Shown here piece by piece: positions 18,702-27,312 of a DNA stretch of 64,000 nucleotides. A program made the position numbers and the translations under genes. The DNA is taken from the NCBI GenBank assembly GCA_903884455.1, contig CAISEW010000041.1, forward strand, positions 98,086 to 162,085, given 5' to 3'. Origin of the DNA: an uncultured Chloroflexota bacterium (GTDB lineage: Bacteria; Chloroflexota; Dehalococcoidia; GIF9; AB-539-J10). Numbering within the stretch: the stretch's first letter is position 1; each line of letters starts with the position of its first letter. The notes under the pieces were generated by a model. It had not been told where the DNA came from, made no database searches, and saw nothing but the letters and a program-made list of their open reading frames with translations.

Positions 18702-19640
18702 TTAGCTACCCTCAGGCCCCCCAAATATCTCGGGGTGAATGAAATGGGCGAACCACTCTAAGCCCTCGACCAATCTGGGACCTGGGCGTTGAACCAGGTT
18801 ATCATCGCATGTGTAGATTCTCCCTGATTGACTGGCGTTGGTAGTCGCAAGCTCGGTCGCATTCATCGCCCAGTCATACGACCATTCGCTGGCGATGATT
18901 ATTTCAGGATCGCGGGCAAGGACATCTTCAATTGAGACCATCGGGTAACCGGTGACATTTCCAAAAATATTCACCCCGCCTGCCTTTTCAATTAGCTCGT
19001 TGATGAAAGTCCCTGAGCCAGCAGTCCATAATGGGTCATGCCAGACGATATAAAAGACTCTTGGCCTTTGTTCTAATTCTTCGGTCTGATTAGTTACTGC
19101 TTGAATCCTGCTTTCCATTGCAGATGTAAGTGCCTGGGCCTCCACTTCCTTATCGGTTATTTCCCCTACTCTTCTAATATCATTAAGCAAGTCATCTAAA
19201 TCAGTAGTCTTTATACCATATACTGTAAGTCCCAGCCCTACCAAGTTATTGATAACGTCCATGGGAGTACCATACGCAACCAGTACGAGGTCAGGGTTAA
19301 GAGCGACTATCTTCTCTATGTCCGGGTTGGCATATCCCCCTACTTTTGTCTTGTTCAGAGCTTCCGGAGGATAATCACAATAATCTGTCACTCCCACCAC
19401 CTTGTCCCCCAGACCCAGGGCAAACAGAATCTCGGTGTTAGAGGGAGCTAGGGAGACGATTCTTTGGGGTGTTCCGTTAATGGCGACCAGCCTTCCCAGG
19501 TCATCAAATACATAATTTACCGGTGTCTGCCCGCTAGGACTGCAGGCTGTCAGGGCAAGAGCTAGGCTCAAAAGCATCACTAGGAACCAGTTTGTCCCTC
19601 GGGCAAAGAATTGTTTAGAGGGCCTTTTCATGCGACTCAC
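18702..19640 (-). CDS. btuF: periplasmic substrate-binding lipoprotein of an iron/cobalamin ABC transporter (BtuF-like)
   Basis: Signal peptide with an LTAC lipobox. Class III SBP fold. 312 aa. Start overlaps the stop of 18057..18701. Confidence 0.7.
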   Translation of the reverse strand: MSRMKRPSKQFFARGTNWFLVMLLSLALALTACSPSGQTPVNYVFDDLGRLVAINGTPQRIVSLAPSNTEILFALGLGDKVVGVTDYCDYPPEALNKTKVGGYANPDIEKIVALNPDLVLVAYGTPMDVINNLVGLGLTVYGIKTTDLDDLLNDIRRVGEITDKEVEAQALTSAMESRIQAVTNQTEELEQRPRVFYIVWHDPLWTAGSGTFINELIEKAGGVNIFGNVTGYPMVSIEDVLARDPEIIIASEWSYDWAMNATELATTNASQSGRIYTCDDNLVQRPGPRLVEGLEWFAHFIHPEIFGGPEGS

Positions 19641-19797
19641 TGTTGCTTCCTTTACACAAAATTACTTTATTTTATACAAGTGCACTTGTTTTCACATTCT
19701 AAATGCTGCAGGATAAAATGTCAAGGGATTTCAGGGGTTACTTTGAGAAAAATTTGTAGTGCGGAAGGATATGCGATTAAGGGAGATAGGAAATTCT

Positions 19798-20595
19798 CTA
19801 TCTTTTCTTCAGGTCAACAATCTCGTAAACCAGGTTTTCCTCTTCTAATCTCGGCACCAAAATTGGAACTTTGTCTTCACTACAGACAACCAGGAAGGAC
19901 AGGCCACAGTAAGCTGCCTCTATGACTGCTTCCCGGACACCGTGAATGTAATCAGGCTTTACACCAACCTGCATCAATGCTACCAGAGCTTCCGTGCCCA
20001 GTGCTCCCACCAGCCTCGCTTCTTTTACCTCCCTTTTCAGTCGGGCGAGATTGGTGCTCTGGGAACCTCCATCCTGCACGTTGGGTACTTTGCCTATCAT
20101 TACTTTGGCTGGCTCGAGTTTTATTACTCCTTCAATGTTGCGAATGCCGACATCCTGTCCTTTTTTAGCCGCAGTTACGGTTATTCCTTTAGCCCCTTTA
20201 GCACGAATAACATGGGAGGCGAAGAGCAAGCCGTCCTTCATATATAGCGATGCTGGTTGACCAACGGATAAGTCGCTATCAGCTATGGCAGTGGTTGTTG
20301 ATATATCAGCCACGACTTTGCTCACAAACCAGGCGTAACTATGTAACTGCCGGGACATCTGCAAAATCCAATCCACGCCCTCCTTGGTTACCTTATATCG
20401 GGAGCGACCCTGGGAGCTCAGCCAGCCGTCCTTTATCAATTCTCTTATGTATTCGGAAACCGCCTGCGAAGTGATGCCCAGTCTTGGGGCGATGTCTTTC
20501 TGCTGTATGTTAGGCTGATGTGCAGCTATTTCCACCATTATCTGAAACTTAGTGGCCAGATTTTTGCTCTTTAGTATCTGCGCCATATTAACCAT
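19798..20595 (-). CDS. putative winged-HTH transcriptional regulator with uncharacterised C-terminal domain
   Basis: N-terminal HTH-like segment (KDIAPRLGITSQAVSEYIRELIKDGWL). C-terminal domain not recognised. Confidence 0.35.
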   Translation of the reverse strand: MVNMAQILKSKNLATKFQIMVEIAAHQPNIQQKDIAPRLGITSQAVSEYIRELIKDGWLSSQGRSRYKVTKEGVDWILQMSRQLHSYAWFVSKVVADISTTTAIADSDLSVGQPASLYMKDGLLFASHVIRAKGAKGITVTAAKKGQDVGIRNIEGVIKLEPAKVMIGKVPNVQDGGSQSTNLARLKREVKEARLVGALGTEALVALMQVGVKPDYIHGVREAVIEAAYCGLSFLVVCSEDKVPILVPRLEEENLVYEIVDLKKR

Positions 20596-20620
20596 TATAT
20601 CACTTGCTAACCAGGCTAAA

Positions 20621-21325
20621 TTAGTAAAGCGAGCTGGGGCAAGTGCCTCTCAATATGCACCTATTGCAGCGAGGCTGCCGAGCGCGGCATATCCGCCGGC
20701 CATGCTCTATCATATGGACGTGAAATTGATATACCCTGGAGGCTGGGACTTGCTTCTGTAGCAAGCCAGGTGCCTTCTCTACGGACACCTTGGAATCGAT
20801 TAGTCCCAACCGTTTCGCTACGCGAAAAACATGAGTGTCCACGGGCAGGGACGGCTTCCCCAGGGAAAAAAGTAGCACACAGCTGGCTGTCTTATGTCCT
20901 ACCCCGGGCAGACGCATTAAGTAGTCTTCAGCTTCAGCCATAGTCTTCGATTTGAGGGAATCAAGGCTGATACGACCCTGTTCCTTTTCAATTTGCTCAA
21001 GTACCTGCTTGATTCTAGCGGCCTTGATTTGGAATAACCCCCCGCACTTAATGACCCGGGCGATATGTTCTGCTGGAGCCGACGCTACAGCTTCCCAGCT
21101 ATCGAAACTAGCTTTAAGAGAGGCAAAAGCTCTTCCCGAATTTGCATCCGAGGTATTTTGGGACAGTATGGTTTCTATGAGCATATCAACAGGCTCCCTG
21201 TCTGGCTGCCACTTGCAGGGACCATATTCTTGCTCTAAGAGCTCAATAACTTCTTTAATAGCCACTAGCTCAAAAATATCATGTCGGCGCCTCTTGATGC
21301 AAAGATGCCTGACCTTCTCTGTCAT
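20621..21325 (-). CDS. nth: endonuclease III (HhH-GPD DNA glycosylase with a [4Fe-4S] loop)
   Basis: HhH LPGVGHKTA. Catalytic-region D and the C-terminal Cx6CxxCx5C cluster. The longest ORF (to 21469) reads 48 extra residues through the repeat element, so the start is set at the internal Met at 21325. Confidence 0.75.
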   Translation of the reverse strand: MTEKVRHLCIKRRRHDIFELVAIKEVIELLEQEYGPCKWQPDREPVDMLIETILSQNTSDANSGRAFASLKASFDSWEAVASAPAEHIARVIKCGGLFQIKAARIKQVLEQIEKEQGRISLDSLKSKTMAEAEDYLMRLPGVGHKTASCVLLFSLGKPSLPVDTHVFRVAKRLGLIDSKVSVEKAPGLLQKQVPASRVYQFHVHMIEHGRRICRARQPRCNRCILRGTCPSSLY

Positions 21326-21408
21326 TGCGAGGAGCATAGCGACGAAGCAATCTCGGCGGGGCTGTTGGGATGGAGATTGCCACGCACCTTTCAGGTGCTC
21401 GCAATGAC
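21321..21408. repeat. Composite palindromic element (GTCATTGCGAG family), variant inner hairpin
   Basis: GTCATTGCGAGGAGCATAGCGACGAAGCAATCTC...GAGATTGCCACGCACCTTTCAGGTGCTCGCAATGAC. Overlaps the 5' end of nth. Confidence 0.8.
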
Positions 21409-21483
21409 AAACAAAAATGTGGAACATTTGCGGCAACCTGGGTGAATCAGATAAGATAAGCATTTCCAAAACGGGAGACGAAT

Positions 21484-22752
21484 ATGACTCTTGTAGAGAA
21501 GATATTAGCTAAAAAAGCTGGGAAGAAAGTTGTAAGGCCAAACCAGATAGTCGAGTTTTCTGTGGACCTGGCTATGATACACGATGCGTTAGGTGCGCAT
21601 ACAATTGCCAGGTTCAGGGAACTAGGCGTGGAAAAGGTCTGGGATCCCGCAAGAATAGTAGTAGTGCTGGATCACTATGTGCCCAATAAGGACATCGATA
21701 CTGCCAAAAAGTGTCTTAATATCAAGAAATTTGTCCTCGAACAAGGTATAGAAAACTACTACGAAGTTGGTAAGGGAGGCATAGCCCACCAGGTGCTTGT
21801 AGAGAAGGGGCATGTGCTGCCAGGAACTACTCTTGTTGCTGTGGATAGTCATACCACGACATCGGGTGTAGTTGGGGCTTTTGCGACCGGGATTGGCGTT
21901 GATGAAATGGCTGTGGTCTTCAAAACGGGAAGGTTGTGGGAGCGGGTCCCGGGGACTATCAGGATAAATGTTGAGGGCAAGCTGCGGCCTCCAATTGCGT
22001 CGAAGGATTTGATGCTTTTCATACTGAAGAGGTTGGGAGTAAGCGGCGCCTTGTTTAAGTCTCTTCAATATACAGGCTCGACCATCAGTCAAATGAGCAT
22101 CGAGAGCCGTATGGTATTAACCAATATGGCCATAGAATCAGGTGCTACTAATGGAATCATCGAGCCTGACCAGAAGGTAGTGGATTTTCTCAAGGCCAGG
22201 ACCAACCAGCCCTTCGAGGTTATTCAGAGCGACCCGGATGCGGAGTATGCGGAAACACTGGAGTTTCACGTTGATGATATTAAGGAGCCCATGGTTGCCG
22301 TACCCCCGAAGCCGTCCAATGCTGTGGGAGTCACTGAGGTTGAAGGGACCAGAATCGACCAAGCGTTCATAGGCTCGTGCACCAATGGACGCCTGGAAGA
22401 TCTCAGGATTGCTGCCAGGATACTCAAAGGTCGGAAGGCGGATAAGTTTACCAAGGTTATCGTCATACCAGCCTCACAGGAAGTCTTAAAAGCCGCTCTG
22501 GCAGAGGGGTTAATAGAGACATTTGTGGAAGCTGGGGCTGTGGTTGGTCCACCCACCTGTGGTCCGTGTATGGAAGCACATATGGGCATACTGGGACCGG
22601 GCGAGGTTTGCATAAGTACAGCAAATCGTAACTTTCAGGGTCGGGTAGGAGATGTGACTGCCAAAATATACCTGGCGTCACCAGCGACTGTGGCAGCTTC
22701 GGCGTTGAAAGGCAAAATAAGTGACCCACGGGAGTTTTTCCGGGAGGCATAG
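21484..22752 (+). CDS. leuC: 3-isopropylmalate/homoaconitate dehydratase large subunit (archaeal-type aconitase family)
   Basis: 422 aa. Aconitase family with the cluster ligands in GSCTNGR and PTCGPCMEAH. Confidence 0.8.
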   Translation: MTLVEKILAKKAGKKVVRPNQIVEFSVDLAMIHDALGAHTIARFRELGVEKVWDPARIVVVLDHYVPNKDIDTAKKCLNIKKFVLEQGIENYYEVGKGGIAHQVLVEKGHVLPGTTLVAVDSHTTTSGVVGAFATGIGVDEMAVVFKTGRLWERVPGTIRINVEGKLRPPIASKDLMLFILKRLGVSGALFKSLQYTGSTISQMSIESRMVLTNMAIESGATNGIIEPDQKVVDFLKARTNQPFEVIQSDPDAEYAETLEFHVDDIKEPMVAVPPKPSNAVGVTEVEGTRIDQAFIGSCTNGRLEDLRIAARILKGRKADKFTKVIVIPASQEVLKAALAEGLIETFVEAGAVVGPPTCGPCMEAHMGILGPGEVCISTANRNFQGRVGDVTAKIYLASPATVAASALKGKISDPREFFREA

Positions 22753-23286
22753 ATGGAACTCAAAGGCCGAGTCTGGAAGTTTGGTAAGGATGTGGACACT
22801 GATGAACTCTTTGCCGGAAGGTTTATCATGGGTGGCGATGAAACGAGCCAGAGCCAATACCAAGAGTTCATCGCAAGAAGCGGGCTAAGCGATGTCGGGC
22901 ATCGTGAGAATGTGCCCAAGGATTTCCTCACCAAGGTTAGGAAGGGGGACATTATAGTTGCCGAGGAAAACTTTGGGATTGGTTCAAGCCGGCAGCAGGC
23001 TGCGGAAACTCTGAAGTTTAAGGGTGTCCAGGCTGTAGTTGCCGACTCAATCCACAGGATATTCTTCAGGAACTTCTGGAACCTTGGCTGCCCGGCCATA
23101 GATTTGCCGGGAATTTCCGCTGAATTTGAGACCGGGCATGAGATAGTGATAAACCTCAGGCAAGGGACTATCAAGAACCTCACTACGGGCAAGGAGTTTG
23201 AGTTTCGTCTGATAATTCCAGCATGGTTTATAGATATGGTGGAAGCTGGGGGGCTAATTCCCTACCATAAATCCCTGAAATCTTAA
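22753..23286 (+). CDS. leuD: 3-isopropylmalate dehydratase small subunit
   Basis: 177 aa. Aconitase swivel domain. Adjacent to leuC with no gap. Confidence 0.8.
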   Translation: MELKGRVWKFGKDVDTDELFAGRFIMGGDETSQSQYQEFIARSGLSDVGHRENVPKDFLTKVRKGDIIVAEENFGIGSSRQQAAETLKFKGVQAVVADSIHRIFFRNFWNLGCPAIDLPGISAEFETGHEIVINLRQGTIKNLTTGKEFEFRLIIPAWFIDMVEAGGLIPYHKSLKS

Positions 23287-23334
23287 ATTCTGAAGCTAAA
23301 GTCAAATGTACGGGGCTAAGAGGCTGTTTTATCT

Positions 23335-23419
23335 GTCATTGCGAGGAGCGTAGCGACGAAGCAATCTCGGGGAATTACAGGAAATTGCCACGCCCCGACA
23401 AGTCGGGGCTCGCAATGAC
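23335..23419. repeat. Composite palindromic element (GTCATTGCGAG family), full copy
   Basis: GTCATTGCGAGGAGCGTAGCGACGAAGCAATCTC...AATTGCCACGCCCCGACAAGTCGGGGCTCGCAATGAC. Confidence 0.85.
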
Positions 23420-23514
23420 AAGAGAAGGAAAAGCCTCACAGTGACTTTTGTGTCGCGATTTCTGCAAATCACTTTATGCTCCTCCGAAATTTATGATAGT
23501 GTATCCCGTAGAAG

Positions 23515-24438
23515 TTGATGCACAAAGTAGTTTGGGATATGGACCCCGGTATCGATGATGCCCTGGCTTTAATTCTGGCGTTAAAATCACCTGAAATCCA
23601 AGTTCTGGGCATTACCACGGTGGCAGGCAATGCTCCTGTGAAAATGACCAGCGCTAACGCTCGCCGCGTGTTGGAATACCTGAACGCAGAGAGCATCCCG
23701 GTAGCGATGGGGGCATCACATCCCTTGAACCACTCGTTAGAAGATGCCTTAAGCTACCATGGCCCAGATGGTCTAGGCAACTGTGACTTGCCTCCTCCCA
23801 AGCTGCTGCTGTATCCGGCTAAAGCCTGGGATTTCCTTGTCCGCTTAGTTTGGGATGCTCCTGGCGAAGTTACTCTGGTAGCCACGGGGCCCCTAACCAA
23901 TGTGGCTTATGCCTTTGAGCTTCATCCCGAATTGCCTGGGCTTTTAGCCAGGCTGGTTCTCATGGGAGGCGCTTATGGCCTTACTGGCTACGGCAAAGGA
24001 AATCAAACCCCCTATGCCGAGTTCAATATCTGGCAGGACCCTGAAGCTGCTCATATAGTATTCAACTCTGGGGCGGACATCTTCGCTGTGGGGCTGGATG
24101 TAACTATGGACCCCGCGGCTTGCCTAAATAGACAGCATCTGGAGCGAGTTAAGACCAGGCATACACCGGCTGCACATCTGGTAGCCCAACTGGTAGAATA
24201 CGAGGTAAAATACCATGGATGCTGTAGAATGCATGACCCGCTAGCTTTGGCAGTGTTGCTGGATGCTTCCTTGTTCGATTATATATTGGCGAGGGTAGAA
24301 GTAGTTAAAGGAAATGACTGGGATAGAGGGGTTACTCGTATCTTGCTCTCTAATAGCTCTCGGTTGATACACGTAGCCTCTGCTGTGGATGGGCCTCGCT
24401 TTCTAAAGCTATTTCTATCGCGTATACTGGAGGAGTAA
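23515..24438 (+). CDS. inosine-uridine preferring nucleoside hydrolase
   Basis: VVWDMDPGIDDALALILAL is the N-terminal DxDxxxDD aspartate cluster of IU-NH. 307 aa. Confidence 0.8.
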   Translation: MMHKVVWDMDPGIDDALALILALKSPEIQVLGITTVAGNAPVKMTSANARRVLEYLNAESIPVAMGASHPLNHSLEDALSYHGPDGLGNCDLPPPKLLLYPAKAWDFLVRLVWDAPGEVTLVATGPLTNVAYAFELHPELPGLLARLVLMGGAYGLTGYGKGNQTPYAEFNIWQDPEAAHIVFNSGADIFAVGLDVTMDPAACLNRQHLERVKTRHTPAAHLVAQLVEYEVKYHGCCRMHDPLALAVLLDASLFDYILARVEVVKGNDWDRGVTRILLSNSSRLIHVASAVDGPRFLKLFLSRILEE

Positions 24439-24439
24439 G

Positions 24440-25423
24440 ATGGTCAGCTTGGTAGTCTGTGGCGCCATAAACTGGGATATTAGCTGCTTCGTAGAGCGGC
24501 TGCCAGTGCCCGGTGAAGAGGTTATTGCGGAACATATCACCCGGGTGTCCGGGGGGACAGGGGGTAATGTTGCTGTGGCGGCAGCACGGATTTTGGGAGC
24601 TAAAGAGGTGGCCCTGATAGGCGCTCTGGGAAGGGATGACATTGCTCGCCAGCAAATTGCCATCTTGGAGGACGAGGGAGTCATCACCACGGGAATCCAC
24701 CAAATTATGGGAGAGGAATCGGGGCAGGCTTATATTATGATTGACCAGGCGGGGGAAAACGTCATTGCCAGCTATCTGGGGGCGAATGCCAGGCTGGGTC
24801 TGAAACACCTGAAGAAAGTGGAGCTTAAACGGCAACTACGGGAATGTCAGGGCATAGTCCTCACCGACCCGCCTTTAGAGGTGGCAAAAGGGCTAATAAA
24901 CCTGGCAAAGCGGCATGACATCCCCGTGTTGTGGGACCCGGGAATTCTGATAAATCCAAATCGAGAAACATTGCTCTCTCTTGCTAAAGAAGCCGAAGTC
25001 ATCTTCTTAAATGAAACGGAGGCGAGTGCTATGCTGGGAACTTCTGAGTTAAAGACGAGCTTCCAGAAGCTGAAAAAGCTGGGATTCGGCAATCACGCGG
25101 TGCTCAAACTTGGTTCACAGGGGGCAGTCATGCTTGCCCCGGCTAGTAGTACGGTGATCGAAATTCCTGCCTTGCCTCTCAAGGAGCTCGGTCTAAGTGT
25201 GATTAACACAGTGGGTTGTGGAGACGTCTTCGCTGGGGTCTTTGCTGCCTACTATGTTCTGGGAAGTGGCCTCGAACAATCGCTTATCATGGCCAGCACT
25301 GCCGCAGGTCTTAACGCCACCCGACCTGAAACCAGAGGCAGTCCCAACCGAGCTACCTTAGAGGAAGTGGCAGACCGCAGCCGCAATCTGGGCTTTGTGG
25401 TTCGAGAGCGCAAGCTGATTTGA
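24440..25423 (+). CDS. PfkB-family carbohydrate kinase (ribokinase-like)
   Basis: N-terminal GG motif. C-terminal GCGDVFAGVFAAYYV anion-hole motif. 327 aa. Immediately downstream of the nucleoside hydrolase. Confidence 0.75.
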   Translation: MVSLVVCGAINWDISCFVERLPVPGEEVIAEHITRVSGGTGGNVAVAAARILGAKEVALIGALGRDDIARQQIAILEDEGVITTGIHQIMGEESGQAYIMIDQAGENVIASYLGANARLGLKHLKKVELKRQLRECQGIVLTDPPLEVAKGLINLAKRHDIPVLWDPGILINPNRETLLSLAKEAEVIFLNETEASAMLGTSELKTSFQKLKKLGFGNHAVLKLGSQGAVMLAPASSTVIEIPALPLKELGLSVINTVGCGDVFAGVFAAYYVLGSGLEQSLIMASTAAGLNATRPETRGSPNRATLEEVADRSRNLGFVVRERKLI

Positions 25424-25524
25424 AACGTTTGCCTTCGCCTTGAAGAGCTTCACTCTATATGCCACCTCCCACCAGCCTCAAATAGCCACCTTGTGTAAGT
25501 GCGGGACAATTCTATCTCGCTAAA

Positions 25525-25746
25525 CTAGTCTTCAACAACCTCAACGACTTTATTTTTGCTCCTAAAGCCGCTGAGAATCCTGACCTGGCTTTTGGGAACG
25601 CCGAAATGCTCTGCCAGTAATTTGATGACTGCCTGGTTGGCCTTGCCTTCCTTGGGTGGCTCTTTAACCTTGACTATAAAGCTATCGCCTTCCTGACTGA
25701 GTTCTTCGGTTTTGGAATTGGGCTTTACCTTAACTTGAATTTTCAT
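25525..25746 (-). CDS. DUF167/YggU family protein
   Basis: 73 aa matching UPF0235 (KVKPNSKTEE...GKANQAVIKLLAEHFGV). Confidence 0.6.
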   Translation of the reverse strand: MKIQVKVKPNSKTEELSQEGDSFIVKVKEPPKEGKANQAVIKLLAEHFGVPKSQVRILSGFRSKNKVVEVVED

Positions 25747-27031
25747 TCACCATCTCTCCCCATATTCCCTGGTTATGAAATCCTACCAATTTAACAGGTG
25801 TTATCTCATTGCTCAGGGGCTTTTCGCTATGAGCAAATACCCGGATATAGTTGCTGGTCAGCCCTGAGTATATGCCGCTTCCGGGACTCGTTTCTTGCTC
25901 CCACAGGACTGGCATAGTTTGCCCCAGGAACTGCTCACAGAAGCGGCGCCGGGAGCTTCGAGATAGCTCTAGCATCCGCTGGTTGCGCTCTTGTTTAACT
26001 TTGTCTTTTATCTGCTCGGGCATCCTGGCTGCCGCTGTCTCAAGGCGGAGTGAGAAGGGGAAGACATGGATGTTGGCGAAACCAGCTTGCTGACAAAAAG
26101 AGTAGCTCTGTTCAAACTCTTCATCGCTTTCCCCGGGGAAACCAACCATGATATCTGTGGTGATGGCAACCTCTGGTATCATTTCTTTAATCAAATTTAC
26201 TGTTCTGTGATATTGGTCCAGAGAGTAGCTCCTCCTCATCCTTTGCAGCACGGTCTCGCTGCCACTTTGTAGCGCTAAATGGAAATGCCGACAAAGCCTT
26301 TCATCCTGCCACAGGGCAAGAAGTTCAGAAGATATTTCTGAAGGCTGTAAAGATGAGAGACGTAATCTCTCGATGCCAGTGTCGTAGAGAATATGCTGGA
26401 CCAAATCCCTGAGGTTGGTGCTAGATCCTTCGCTAGCGCTCAGGACAGCGTCTTTATAGCTGCCAACTTTCGTCCCGGTGAGAACAACTTCTTTGTAGCC
26501 CAGAACCGCCTTTTGCTTAACCTCGTCAATTACCTGAGAAGCGGGCAAGGAATATTCACGAGGTCTTACTTTGGGCACAATGCAATATGCGCAGGGGCCA
26601 TGACAGCCATCTTGAATCTTTATCAGGCTACGAGTCCTAACGGTGGCAGCAAGCACCTGAGATTGTTTTGCTTCACCCTCATCGAGTACTCTTTCTTCAA
26701 GGGAGAGTGCTTTGATGATGGCAAGCAGGTGCTGTTTCACTGGGTTATCAACTACGAGGTCAACAAGCTGAGCTAACTCTTGACGACTTCTTTGGGCATA
26801 GCAGCCAGTGGCGATAATTAGGGCTCGGGGATTTCTTCGCCTGGTCATCCTGAGCCAGTGGCGTGACTTGCGGTCGGCGATATGGGTGACTGTGCAAGTA
26901 TTAGCAATATAAATATCGGCCACATCATTCGGCGATACAAGTTGAAATCCCGACTGGCTAAATTGGCTGGCTAGGGACTCTGTTTCCGCCTGATTGAGTT
27001 TGCAACCTAATGTGTAGAAAGCCACCCTCAT
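25730..27031 (-). CDS. radical-SAM tRNA methylthiotransferase (MiaB/MtaB family)
   Basis: MTTase N-terminal domain (VAFYTLGCKLNQ, ANTCTVT). Radical SAM CxxxCxxC (CHGPCAYC). TRAM C-terminus. 433 aa. Confidence 0.8.
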   Translation of the reverse strand: MRVAFYTLGCKLNQAETESLASQFSQSGFQLVSPNDVADIYIANTCTVTHIADRKSRHWLRMTRRRNPRALIIATGCYAQRSRQELAQLVDLVVDNPVKQHLLAIIKALSLEERVLDEGEAKQSQVLAATVRTRSLIKIQDGCHGPCAYCIVPKVRPREYSLPASQVIDEVKQKAVLGYKEVVLTGTKVGSYKDAVLSASEGSSTNLRDLVQHILYDTGIERLRLSSLQPSEISSELLALWQDERLCRHFHLALQSGSETVLQRMRRSYSLDQYHRTVNLIKEMIPEVAITTDIMVGFPGESDEEFEQSYSFCQQAGFANIHVFPFSLRLETAAARMPEQIKDKVKQERNQRMLELSRSSRRRFCEQFLGQTMPVLWEQETSPGSGIYSGLTSNYIRVFAHSEKPLSNEITPVKLVGFHNQGIWGEMVNENSS

Positions 27032-27100
27032 TGATATGGATTATATTTATTGTCTGGCTGAGTGGTCAAATTATAGTCTTCAGCATGATTTCGTATAAAA

Positions 27101-27250
27101 CCCTCTCCCTCGAAGGGAGAGGGTTTGGGTGAGGGTGAATTTCCCCCTCTCTCTAACTCTCTCCCGCTAGGGGAGAGAGGATTGCGACGTGGCAATCTCT
27201 AAAAAGAGTGTGAGATTGCTTCGCCCCGATAAATCGGGACTCGCAACGAC
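27101..27250. repeat. Repeat cluster: two CTCTCCC/GGGAGAG hairpins plus a diverged GTCATTGCGAG-family element
   Basis: CCCTCTCCCTCGAAGGGAGAGGG at 27101-27123. CTCTCTCCCGCTAGGGGAGAGAG at 27157-27179. Then ATTGCGACGTGGCAATCTC...GAGATTGCTTCGCCCCGATAAATCGGGACTCGCAACGAC. Confidence 0.75.
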
Positions 27251-27312
27251 ATTTTGTTAAAGCCTTTCCTGTGATATAGTTAGCGGTTCTAACCAAGGGC
27301 ATTAAGCTAGGT

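Noticed and set aside
19641-19797. Expected cobalamin riboswitch in the leader of the btuF-cobO-btuCD operon
   Set aside because: Reading the minus-strand leader, I could not find the B12-box (GCCACTG-like) or the GGTGNNAANTCC core. Without a covariance-model search I cannot claim it. It may be absent or too diverged.
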